Shown here piece by piece: positions 11,688-22,055 of a DNA stretch of 64,000 nucleotides (positions within the stretch are counted from its first letter, which is position 1; every line of letters begins with the position of its first letter). Position numbers and translations under genes: made by a program. The stretch spans positions 1-64,000 of the forward strand of contig JBNJFI010000001.1 of NCBI GenBank assembly GCA_051746725.1. Reading direction: 5' to 3'. This DNA comes from Fusobacteriota bacterium. GTDB lineage: Bacteria; Fusobacteriota; Fusobacteriia; Fusobacteriales; JBNJFI01. The notes beneath the pieces are model-generated. The model saw only the letters and a list, made by a program, of their open reading frames with translations, made no database searches and was not told the origin of the DNA.

Positions 11688-12671
11688 TTATTCTCCTCTC
11701 TCTTCGCCGCTAAAATTTAGATGCTCTCTATATGTTTTTGAAAAAAAATGCTCTCTATTTTCTTTTGCTCTAAAATAAAAATATTCTGTATTTTGGGGAT
11801 ATAATGCTGATTTTATCGCTTCAATTCCGGGGTTTGATATTGGAGTTGGTGGTAAACCTTTATATATATATGTATTATAATCTGATTCTATTTTCAAATC
11901 TTCATATAATATTCTCTTTTTTTGATAATCAAAAAGATATTCAATGGTCGCACATGATTCCAATTTCATTCCCTGATTTAATCTATTATTAAAAACCGAA
12001 GATATTATAGGTTTTTCATAGTCATAATATGCCTCTTTTTCAATAATAGAGGCAATTTTTAGTATATCATATAATTCTTTTTTGGATATTTCATCCAAGA
12101 TATTTAATCCCCTTATATTTTTATCAAAATTATTTAATATTTTATTTATAATATCCTTTTCTGAAATCCCTTCTCTAAAAAAATATGTATCAGGAAAAAA
12201 ATATCCTTCATAATTATTATCAATTACATAATATGAAAAATCATCTTTAGTTTGTAATATTTTATTAAATTTTTTTAAATTTATTAAGTCTTCTCGAACC
12301 AATTTACTTTTGATTTGTTTTAATGTAAATCCTTCAGGAATTGTAAATTTTATAGTTTTATATTCACCTTGTATCAATTTCTCAAAAATTTCATTTCGTG
12401 TATAACTTCCTTGAAAGGTATAACTACCTGCTTTTATTTTATTATCTATTTTTTTTACTTTAAGATATAGTTTCGATATTTTATTATTTAATCCCAATCG
12501 TTGAAGTATTGATTCTAAAGAATCTCCTCTGTTTATTATAAATTCTTTATTTGATTTTTCAATCCTTTTTTGTACATCTAATTTATGAATATAAAAATAG
12601 TTATATATCCCTAAAACTCCTACTAGAAAAATAATGATGATACCTAGTATACTTATTATTATCCTTTTCAT
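11688..12671 (-). CDS. mltG: Endolytic transglycosylase MltG
   Basis: N-terminal TM; TIPEGF, EGYFFPDTY, ASIIEKE, YNTY...GLPPTPISNPG. Confidence 0.95.
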   Translation of the reverse strand: MKRIIISILGIIIIFLVGVLGIYNYFYIHKLDVQKRIEKSNKEFIINRGDSLESILQRLGLNNKISKLYLKVKKIDNKIKAGSYTFQGSYTRNEIFEKLIQGEYKTIKFTIPEGFTLKQIKSKLVREDLINLKKFNKILQTKDDFSYYVIDNNYEGYFFPDTYFFREGISEKDIINKILNNFDKNIRGLNILDEISKKELYDILKIASIIEKEAYYDYEKPIISSVFNNRLNQGMKLESCATIEYLFDYQKKRILYEDLKIESDYNTYIYKGLPPTPISNPGIEAIKSALYPQNTEYFYFRAKENREHFFSKTYREHLNFSGEERGE

Positions 12672-12692
12672 ACATAGCCTTCCATTTCATAT

Positions 12693-12968
12693 TTATTTTT
12701 TGACCCTTGAAAGAAAATAATTTTTCCCAATTGCATTTTCTATATTCAAAAAAACTTCTCCTTCTTTAAACATAAATTCTTCGATTAATATGTATTTATA
12801 TTCATCTACTTCAGAAAAATATCTGTATTCTATATCACTTTTATCATCTTGTTTGTCTAAAAACTTTTTATCTAATTGAAATTTTGGTTTTAATAATTCA
12901 GCTTCTGTCGGACTTAATCTTATAGGAAATTTTTTTATACTTTTTAAAAATCTTTTCCATTTTTCCAT
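12693..12968 (-). CDS. Hypothetical protein, 91 aa
   Basis: AGGAGG RBS; fills the gap between rsuA and mltG in the operon. Confidence 0.75.
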   Translation of the reverse strand: MEKWKRFLKSIKKFPIRLSPTEAELLKPKFQLDKKFLDKQDDKSDIEYRYFSEVDEYKYILIEEFMFKEGEVFLNIENAIGKNYFLSRVKK

Positions 12969-12978
12969 TATAATCCTC

Positions 12979-13665
12979 CTATATCAAATCTTTTTTGGAA
13001 ATTTCCCTTACTTTTCCTTTTTTCAAGTTACTTAATTCCAAATTTCCAAACCTAACTCTTTGTAAATACAAAACTTTATTATCTACAGCCTTTAACATCT
13101 CTTTGATTTGATGATATTTTCCTTCTGTTATTGTAATATATATCTTTTTTGAAGATATTTTTCTTACTTTAGCCTTTTTTGTCCTATATCCATCCCCTAT
13201 AATCACACCTTCTTTTAATTTTTCAATATCCAAATCTGAAACCTCTTTTTTTGTTTCAATATAATATTTCTTCTCTTTTTCTTTTTTAGGATGAATTAAT
13301 TCATGGACAAATTTTCCATCATTTGTAAATATTAAAAGTCCTTCTGTGTCTTTATCTAATCTTCCAACAGGAACTAAATCTTTTTTGACTACCCACTCTG
13401 GTAAAATTTCCATGACTGTCTTATGTCTTGAGTCTTCAGTGGCAGTAATGTATCCTGCTGGTTTATTCATAGCGTAATATCTAAATTTTTTATAATCCAT
13501 TTCCTTGTTTTTGTACTCTACCTTATCTTTTTTGGGATTTATTTTAGTTTTACCTTTTTTTATTTTTTTTTCATTTACCTTAATCTTCCCTTTTCTAATT
13601 ATCTTTTTACATTCACTTCTAGATCCTATTCCGCATTCTGTCAAAAATTTATCTAACCTTATCAA
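12979..13665 (-). CDS. rsuA: Pseudouridine synthase, RsuA family
   Basis: S4 domain RLDKFL; NKPAGY, VGRLDKDTEGLL, EGKYHQIK. Confidence 0.9.
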   Translation of the reverse strand: MIRLDKFLTECGIGSRSECKKIIRKGKIKVNEKKIKKGKTKINPKKDKVEYKNKEMDYKKFRYYAMNKPAGYITATEDSRHKTVMEILPEWVVKKDLVPVGRLDKDTEGLLIFTNDGKFVHELIHPKKEKEKKYYIETKKEVSDLDIEKLKEGVIIGDGYRTKKAKVRKISSKKIYITITEGKYHQIKEMLKAVDNKVLYLQRVRFGNLELSNLKKGKVREISKKDLI

Positions 13666-13706
13666 CTAAAGCCTCCTATTTTATTATAATATTTTATATA
13701 ATTTAA

Positions 13707-14351
13707 TTACTTACTTACCAAACCTATTCCATCTCCAAATGGCATAAGTGTAAATTTGTAATCTTCTTCATATAACTTATCAATAAAACTTCGAAGTCTT
13801 TTTACAATTGTTTTATATCGTTTAGGATATTCTTCTGAATATATATATCCCTTGAATAAAATATTATCTATAAATATTATACCATTTTTTTCTAATAATT
13901 TATAGGCCTTTTCAAAAAAGTGTTTATATTGTCCTTTAGAAGCATCTATAAATATAAAATCAAATTTTCCTTCTAATTCATCCATTTTTTCTTTTCCATC
14001 GCCTAAAATTAAATCTATATAATTATCTAATTTAGCCTTTTTAAAGTTTTCCTTAGCTAAATCATACATATTTTTATTTTTTTCTATTGTTATTAAACTT
14101 CCTTTGTTTTCCTTTGCAATTTTAGCTAAAATTATACCGGAGTATCCTATGGCAGTTCCTATTTCTAAAATCCTCTTGCTTTTCTTTAAGTCAGCCATAA
14201 ATTTCAAATACTCTGCTACTTCTTTGGTAACTATAGGTACATGGTTATTTTGAGCATAAACTTCGAGTTCTTTCAAAAAAGGGTCTGTTGATTTTTTATC
14301 TTTTATTTTTTTTATTATAAAATTATTAACCTCTTCTAATTCTTTTAACAT
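13707..14351 (-). CDS. O-methyltransferase, YrrM/TrmR-like
   Basis: ILEIGTAIGYSG, FDFIFIDASKGQY, DNILF, GDG; close to mltG as in the Bacillus mltG-yrrM locus. Confidence 0.85.
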   Translation of the reverse strand: MLKELEEVNNFIIKKIKDKKSTDPFLKELEVYAQNNHVPIVTKEVAEYLKFMADLKKSKRILEIGTAIGYSGIILAKIAKENKGSLITIEKNKNMYDLAKENFKKAKLDNYIDLILGDGKEKMDELEGKFDFIFIDASKGQYKHFFEKAYKLLEKNGIIFIDNILFKGYIYSEEYPKRYKTIVKRLRSFIDKLYEEDYKFTLMPFGDGIGLVSK

Positions 14352-14364
14352 TTTTACTCCTATT

Positions 14365-15663
14365 TTAATTATTTTTCTTAATTAATTTAATCATATAAAA
14401 TCCATCTGCATATTTTTCTTTATAATTTATCTTAACTCCACCTAAATCATCTTCTTCAAAATTTATACTTTTAGGCAACTCTATATTTTCTACTTTAAAA
14501 TTTAAATTTTTACTCAAAAAAGTTCTTATATTTTCAGTATTTTCTTCATCTAATATTGTACAAGTACTATATAACAATTCTCCCTCTGGTTTTAAAACTG
14601 TTTTAACAGAGTTAAGTAATCTTTGTTGTAATTCTACCAATTCTTTTATATCTTTTAGAGATTTATTATATATTATTTCAGGTTTTTTTCTTATTACACC
14701 TAATCCACTACAAGGGGCATCTAAAAGAATTTTATCAAATTTCCCCAAATCTTTTAAGTCAGTACTATCCCTTTTTTGAGTTTTAATTATTTTGGCTCCA
14801 ACTTTTTTGATGTTTCCTTTCATTTTATTAAGCTTATTTTCAAAAATATCAAAAGCTAATATTTCGCCTTTATTATTCATCTCTTGTGCTAAAACTAATG
14901 TTTTTCCACCAGGGGCAGCACATGCATCTAATATTCTTTCACCAGGTTTTGCGTTAAGAGAAGTCGCTGCCAAAAAAGAAGAAGCATCTTGAGCTATAAT
15001 CTTTCCATCTTTAAATATCTTAGAAGCTAATATCTTTCCTGAATCCAAATAATATACAGATCTTACCTTTTTTAAAATATTAATATTATTTTCCTTTAAA
15101 TATTTTTCAAAATCTGTTGTATTATATTTTATTTTATTTACTCTTATACTTAAAGTTCCATTTTCTTTATAGGATTTCATTATATTTATATAATTATTAG
15201 GATTTTGTTTTTTTATCTTATCAAAAATATTTTTAGGATATGAATAAAGTATATCTTCCCGTCCATTACTTATAAGATCTTTCTTTATTTTATCTTCATC
15301 TCTGAAAATATTTCTCAAAACTCCATTTGTGAATTTTGATAAACCCTGGCCATATTTCTTTTTTGTAAGTTCAGTAGCTTCCCAGACTACACCTTTTTGA
15401 TCACTATTCATAAATAAACCTTGATATATAGAAAGTGAAAAAAGTTTATGTAACCATTTTTTATCTACCTTTTTTGTATATTTTTTTATACAATAATTTA
15501 TAAACTTTTTATTTCTTATGACACCATAAAAAATTTCGGTTATAAACCCTTTTTCCTTTTGCTTTAAATTTTCTTTTTTGAAAAATTCATTTAAAACTAT
15601 ATTGCTATATTCATTAGTTGTATAACGTGATAGAAGTTTTATAGCTTTATTTTTTATTTCCAT
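14365..15663 (-). CDS. rsmB: 16S rRNA m5C967 methyltransferase
   Basis: NusB-like N-terminus; LDACAAPGGKT, DAPCSGLG, YSTCT. Confidence 0.93.
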   Translation of the reverse strand: MEIKNKAIKLLSRYTTNEYSNIVLNEFFKKENLKQKEKGFITEIFYGVIRNKKFINYCIKKYTKKVDKKWLHKLFSLSIYQGLFMNSDQKGVVWEATELTKKKYGQGLSKFTNGVLRNIFRDEDKIKKDLISNGREDILYSYPKNIFDKIKKQNPNNYINIMKSYKENGTLSIRVNKIKYNTTDFEKYLKENNINILKKVRSVYYLDSGKILASKIFKDGKIIAQDASSFLAATSLNAKPGERILDACAAPGGKTLVLAQEMNNKGEILAFDIFENKLNKMKGNIKKVGAKIIKTQKRDSTDLKDLGKFDKILLDAPCSGLGVIRKKPEIIYNKSLKDIKELVELQQRLLNSVKTVLKPEGELLYSTCTILDEENTENIRTFLSKNLNFKVENIELPKSINFEEDDLGGVKINYKEKYADGFYMIKLIKKNN

Positions 15664-15677
15664 TTAGTTTCTCCTCT

Positions 15678-16829
<1,152 letters not shown>

Positions 16830-18965
16830 CTATTGTCTATACACTTTAATAACATCGGGCATATTCTCAATTCTATTTTTCAAATTTTCATACTGCTTGT
16901 TATCTTGTATCTCGATTGCAATATTAATATCGCTCATTCTATATTTTTTTTCCCTATTATTTTTAGTGTTAATTTCTGTAATATTTATTTTCTTTTCACC
17001 AATATAATGAAGAATTTCGTTTAATATATTAGGTCGATTTACTACCTCTATTTTTAATCTTACTATAAAATAATCATTTTCGTTATTATCCCATTCAACA
17101 TTAATAACTCTATTTTTATTCCTTTTTAGTAATTCTTTAAAATTATTACATGACTTTCTGTGAATAGTAATTCCACTTCCTTGAGTAATATATCCAGAAA
17201 TATCATCTCCAGGCACTGGTGTACAGCACTTTGCAAATTTTACAATGGTATTATCTACTCCTTTTATTCTTACTCCTGAATTATTTCTAGGTTTTTTCTT
17301 CCTTTTTTGAGGTTTAAATTCTTTTTCCTCTTCTAAATTCACCTTGTATTTAGAAAGAATTGATTCATCGGAAAAATTACCCATTCCATATTGATATAAA
17401 AATTCTTCATACTTTGGAATATTATGTGCTTTCATGAAGCTTTGCATACCTTCTTGTTCTTCAATATTCTTAGTTGGTAACTCATTTTCTGATAATAGGC
17501 TTTCTATACGTTTTTTTCCTTTTTCCACTTTTTCATCAAATTTTTTATATTTAAACCATCTTTTTATCTTATTCTTAGTACTATGACTAACTACTACATT
17601 TAGCCAATCTTTTCCAGGACCACTGGCATTTTTAGAGGTTATTATATTTACTTGATCTCCATTTTGTAATTCATAATCTAAAGGGACTATCTTGCCATTT
17701 ACCTTTGCTCCTGTACAATGATAACCTACTTCTGTATGTACATGAAATGCAAAATCTATTGGGGTTGCTCCACTGGGAAGCTCCATTACATCTCCATTTG
17801 GCGTGAATACAAATACTTCTTCGTTCAGTATATCCCCTGTTACATTTTCAATAAACTCTTTAGAATCATCTGCCTCTTGTTGCCAGTCCAAAATTTTTCT
17901 AAGCCAAGAATAAACATGGTCCGCTTTATTATTATTAATTTTTTCTTTATATTTCCAATGAGCAGCTATTCCTTCTTCTGCAATCCGATGCATCTCTTTA
18001 GTTCGTATCTGTACTTCTACAAATTTTCCTTCTGGTCCAACTATTGTAGTATGTATGGATTGATAACCATTGGATTTAGGAACAGCTATATAATCTTTAA
18101 ATCTCCCTGCAACTGGTTTCCAATTACTGTGAATAATTCCAAGTATTTTATAACATTCTTCTTCATTTTCAACTATAGCTCTAATTGCAATCAAATCATA
18201 TATGTCCTCAAAGTTTTTTCCTTGCTCATACATCTTTTTATATATACTATAAAAATGCTTTGCTCTTCCTGTTATTTCACCATTTATATTAAATTGTTCC
18301 ATTTTATCTTCCAGTTTAGATATGATCTCTTCAGTATATTTTTCCCTTTCCACTCTCTTACTAGCAATTAATTTGGCAAGATGTTTATATTTTTCAGGTT
18401 CAAGATAATATAAAGACAAATCCTCTAATTCTGATTTTATTTTCCCCATTCCAATTCTATGGGCAAGTGAAGCATATATTTTAAGAGTTTCTTCTGCCTT
18501 CATTTTTTGCTTTGCACTGGGCATATACTTTAGAGTTCTCATGTTATGAAGTCGATCTGCTAATTTTATTATTACAACTCTTATATCTTTAGCCATGGCA
18601 ACAATCATTTTTCGCGTACTCTCTTCTTGAGTATTAGCTCCCTTTGGAAGTTTTTCCAATTTTGTAACTCCTTTTACGATATGAGCTACTTCTTCTCCAA
18701 ATTCTAACTCTATATCCTCTATGCCTATCAAAGTATCTTCAACTACATCATGTAATATTGCTGCAATAATTGTCTCTGTATCCATTTTCATATCACAAAC
18801 AATTTTTGCCACTGCAATAGGATGCATTATATAATCTTCTCCTGATTTCCTTTTTTGTTCATAGTGAGCTTCATATGCAAATTCATAGGCTAATAATATC
18901 AATTCCTTGTTTACATTTAGAGAGTTTTCTTCTATTGATTTTTCTAGTTCTTTTTTGTACCCCAT
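16830..18965 (-). CDS. relA: Bifunctional (p)ppGpp synthetase/hydrolase Rel
   Basis: HDVVEDT hydrolase site, GRFKDY / NGYQSIHT / EVQIRT synthetase, TGS, CC zinc finger, ACT. Confidence 0.96.
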   Translation of the reverse strand: MGYKKELEKSIEENSLNVNKELILLAYEFAYEAHYEQKRKSGEDYIMHPIAVAKIVCDMKMDTETIIAAILHDVVEDTLIGIEDIELEFGEEVAHIVKGVTKLEKLPKGANTQEESTRKMIVAMAKDIRVVIIKLADRLHNMRTLKYMPSAKQKMKAEETLKIYASLAHRIGMGKIKSELEDLSLYYLEPEKYKHLAKLIASKRVEREKYTEEIISKLEDKMEQFNINGEITGRAKHFYSIYKKMYEQGKNFEDIYDLIAIRAIVENEEECYKILGIIHSNWKPVAGRFKDYIAVPKSNGYQSIHTTIVGPEGKFVEVQIRTKEMHRIAEEGIAAHWKYKEKINNNKADHVYSWLRKILDWQQEADDSKEFIENVTGDILNEEVFVFTPNGDVMELPSGATPIDFAFHVHTEVGYHCTGAKVNGKIVPLDYELQNGDQVNIITSKNASGPGKDWLNVVVSHSTKNKIKRWFKYKKFDEKVEKGKKRIESLLSENELPTKNIEEQEGMQSFMKAHNIPKYEEFLYQYGMGNFSDESILSKYKVNLEEEKEFKPQKRKKKPRNNSGVRIKGVDNTIVKFAKCCTPVPGDDISGYITQGSGITIHRKSCNNFKELLKRNKNRVINVEWDNNENDYFIVRLKIEVVNRPNILNEILHYIGEKKINITEINTKNNREKKYRMSDINIAIEIQDNKQYENLKNRIENMPDVIKVYRQ

Positions 18966-18991
18966 TATACTTCACCTCCTTTTTTGTTTTT

Positions 18992-19033
18992 CTATAAAAC
19001 AAACGACACCGTTTTGTGTCGTTTGTTTTATAG
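18992..19033. terminator. 18-bp perfect inverted repeat between apt and rel
   Basis: ctataaaacaaacgacac-cgtttt-gtgtcgtttgttttatag. Confidence 0.65.
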
Positions 19034-19043
19034 TTTCATATAA

Positions 19044-19559
19044 TTAATATTTTAACATCGAGTAAACATCATGTCCTTTTAATTTTTCTTTTCCGCCTAA
19101 TCCAGTTAATTCTATCAAAAAAGCTATTTCCTTAACATTTCCACCTAGTTTTTCGACTAATTTAATTACAGCAGAGGCTGTCCCACCTGTTGCTAAAAGA
19201 TCATCTACAATTAATATATTAGAACCTTTTTCAAAAGCATCTTTGTGAATTTCAATAGAATCAGTTCCATACTCTAAATCATATTCAATAGATTCTGTTT
19301 GAGAAGGTAATTTCCCTGGTTTTCTAGCTGGTATAAATCCTATACCCAGTAAATAAGCCAAGGGTGTTCCAAATAAAAACCCTCTAGCTTCTACCCCTAC
19401 TATATAATCAATTTTTTCATCTTTATATCTCTTATATAGCTCGTCAATACTATTTTTATAACCAATTTTATCCTTTAACAAAGTTGAAATATCTCTATAT
19501 AATATCCCCTTTTTTGGAAAATCCGGGATATCTCGTATTAATTCCTTTAATTTTTCCAT
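19044..19559 (-). CDS. apt: Adenine phosphoribosyltransferase
   Basis: [35 protein letters not shown]. Confidence 0.98.
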   Translation of the reverse strand: MEKLKELIRDIPDFPKKGILYRDISTLLKDKIGYKNSIDELYKRYKDEKIDYIVGVEARGFLFGTPLAYLLGIGFIPARKPGKLPSQTESIEYDLEYGTDSIEIHKDAFEKGSNILIVDDLLATGGTASAVIKLVEKLGGNVKEIAFLIELTGLGGKEKLKGHDVYSMLKY

Positions 19560-19574
19560 CTATACTCTCCCTTT

Positions 19575-21263
19575 TTAATTTTGAGTTACTCTTGCTATCT
19601 CTTCTAAAGTTGTAATTCCTAGTTTCACTTTTTTGAATCCAATATCTCTCATCAATTCCATTCCGTTATCTTTAGCTTTTTTTTCTAATTCAGAAGCTGT
19701 TGCTTTTTCTTTTATTAGATTTTTTATTTCTTCATCAGGTATAAATAGTTCATATATGTTAGTTCTTCCCTTATATCCAGTCTGTTTACATTTTTTACAT
19801 CCAGTTCCCTTATATACTTTATCTCCGACATTAAAATCTAATTCTAGATCATCTATTGTAGCCTTATCTAATTTGACTTCCTCTTTACAGTTATCACATA
19901 TTTTTCTGACTAATCTTTGTCCAACAACTCCTATTAAAGATGACGATATCAAAAAAGGTTCTACTCCCATATCTATCAATCTTGCCACAGCTCCAGAAGC
20001 AGTATTTGTATGTAATGTACTAAATACCAAATGCCCTGTCATTGCAGCTTCTATTGCAATTTCAGCTGTTTCCTGATCACGTATTTCCCCAACCATTACT
20101 ACATCAGGATCTTGTCTAAGAATTGATCTTAAACCTGATGCAAATGTTAAGTTAACATCGGGATTTACTTGCACTTGGTTTATTATTTTTAGTTGATATT
20201 CTACTGGATTTTCCAAGGTAATTATATTTTTATCTAAGGTATTTATCTCGCTCAAAGCTCCATAAAGCGTCGAAGTTTTTCCACTTCCAGTTGGACCAGT
20301 TACTAAAATAATTCCATATGGTTTTTTAATTATCTTTCGAATAGTTTTTAATATTTCTCCTTCATAACCTAATTGATCTAAATTAGTCTCTACTGTTGAT
20401 TTATCAAGGAGTCTCATAACTATTTTTTCTCCATAAATTGTAGGTAAAGTTGACATTCTTATATCTATTTCTTTTTCTTTATATTTTAATTCTATACGAC
20501 CATCCTGAGGTATTCTTTTTTCTGCTATATCCAAATTCGACATGATCTTCAACCTAGAAATAAGAGAGGCTTCTAACTTTTTTGGAGGTTTCATAACTTC
20601 ATATAAAATTCCATCTATTCTAAACCTCACTCTTAGTTCTGTCTCTTCTTCTTCTATATGAATATCACTGGCTTTTTCTTCTATTGCCTGTTTAAATATA
20701 AGATTAACTAATTCCATTGCCGGAGATTTTCCTTTTTTAGTTAAATCGATTTTAGTTCCGGTTTGAAATTCTTCATTTTTATCAGAGTCGCTTCTTTTAT
20801 CAGAACTATATTTTTTTAACTGTTCTGTATTAACTTCATTTTCGTAATGCTCTTCTATTGAGCTCATAATATCAGATTCCAAAGCAATGGATGGAACAAC
20901 TTCTTTATTAGTAATAAATTCGATTTCATCAATAACAAATATATCTAATGGATCAACCATAGCTAAACTTAGTTTGTTTTGGTACTCATATATTGGCATT
21001 ATTTTATATCGTTTCGCAATATTTTTATCTATAAGGTCCAATACTGCTTCATCAATAACTGTTGTATCTAAATTTACAAATGGAATCCCCATTTGATCTC
21101 CTAAAACTTGGATTATTTGTTTTTGAGTACAGTAACCCAGTTTTATAAGGGCATCACCTAATTTATCCCCTGAATCTTTTTGCTTTTTTAAAGCGGTTTG
21201 CAACTGCTCTTCCGTTATGATTTCTGAATCAACTAAACTATCACCTAATCTTTTTTTGGCCAT
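19575..21263 (-). CDS. Type IV pilus / T2SS assembly ATPase (PilB/GspE) with MshEN domain
   Basis: RLG..L...LxxxLxxQ N-terminus, ASDIHIE, GPTGSGKT, RQDPD...GEIRD, CxxC..CxxC; start probably MAKKR at 21263. Confidence 0.92.
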   Translation of the reverse strand: MAKKRLGDSLVDSEIITEEQLQTALKKQKDSGDKLGDALIKLGYCTQKQIIQVLGDQMGIPFVNLDTTVIDEAVLDLIDKNIAKRYKIMPIYEYQNKLSLAMVDPLDIFVIDEIEFITNKEVVPSIALESDIMSSIEEHYENEVNTEQLKKYSSDKRSDSDKNEEFQTGTKIDLTKKGKSPAMELVNLIFKQAIEEKASDIHIEEEETELRVRFRIDGILYEVMKPPKKLEASLISRLKIMSNLDIAEKRIPQDGRIELKYKEKEIDIRMSTLPTIYGEKIVMRLLDKSTVETNLDQLGYEGEILKTIRKIIKKPYGIILVTGPTGSGKTSTLYGALSEINTLDKNIITLENPVEYQLKIINQVQVNPDVNLTFASGLRSILRQDPDVVMVGEIRDQETAEIAIEAAMTGHLVFSTLHTNTASGAVARLIDMGVEPFLISSSLIGVVGQRLVRKICDNCKEEVKLDKATIDDLELDFNVGDKVYKGTGCKKCKQTGYKGRTNIYELFIPDEEIKNLIKEKATASELEKKAKDNGMELMRDIGFKKVKLGITTLEEIARVTQN

Positions 21264-21691
21264 TACTCCCACCTATTTCCTAAATATTTGATTTCATTCC
21301 AATCTTTTTTGAGTTCAGATTTAATATTAGGATATATTGTTTCTTGATCAATTTTATCTAGACTCACATATTTAAGACCTTTTAAAATTTCTTCGTCTCC
21401 AACTTTTAAATTTCCAGATACATATTCAACTTCAAAAAAGATATTTATTATGTGTCTTCTTCCAGATGGATCTATGGCTTCAGAAATAAATTTCATATCT
21501 TTAACACTTATATTTAAATTTGTTTCTTCTTTAAATTCACGTTTTAAACTCTCTTGAAACGTTTCTTTGAAATCAACTCCTCCACCTGGTAAAAGTAAAT
21601 AACTTTTTTCTTTTTTTTGATGTTCAATAAATAATATTTTATTATTTTTCCTTAAAATACCAGCAACCCTAACTCTTGGTCTTTTCATCAA
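21263..21691 (-). CDS. NUDIX hydrolase
   Basis: Nudix box GGVDFKETFQESLKREFKEETNL. Confidence 0.92.
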   Translation of the reverse strand: MMKRPRVRVAGILRKNNKILFIEHQKKEKSYLLLPGGGVDFKETFQESLKREFKEETNLNISVKDMKFISEAIDPSGRRHIINIFFEVEYVSGNLKVGDEEILKGLKYVSLDKIDQETIYPNIKSELKKDWNEIKYLGNRWE

Positions 21692-21699
21692 TTCCCCCT

Positions 21700-22053
21700 T
21701 TAATTTAATATACCTAAAATTTTTTTCTTTATTTCTGCGGGATCAAAAGGCTTTTCTATATATCCAGATATTTTAATATCCATAACGTTTATCACTGATT
21801 CTATTGAACTATATGCTGTTATCATAATTACTTTTACATTGCTGTCATAGTTTTTAATATTTTGTAATAACTCAACACCTGTGGTATCTGGCAACATTAT
21901 ATCTAGTAAAATTAAGTCAGGGTCAATTTTTTTTAATTTTTCCATACCTTGATGACCATCTTCAGCTTCGTATACATTAACAACATTTTTTAATGTTTCT
22001 TTTAATAGTAATCTAATGTTTTGTTCATCATCTATTATTAAAACCTTTTTCAT
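21700..22053 (-). CDS. Single-domain response regulator
   Basis: LIIDDE, LLDIMLP, ITA, KPF; all catalytic residues intact. Confidence 0.92.
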   Translation of the reverse strand: MKKVLIIDDEQNIRLLLKETLKNVVNVYEAEDGHQGMEKLKKIDPDLILLDIMLPDTTGVELLQNIKNYDSNVKVIMITAYSSIESVINVMDIKISGYIEKPFDPAEIKKKILGILN

Positions 22054-22055
22054 GT

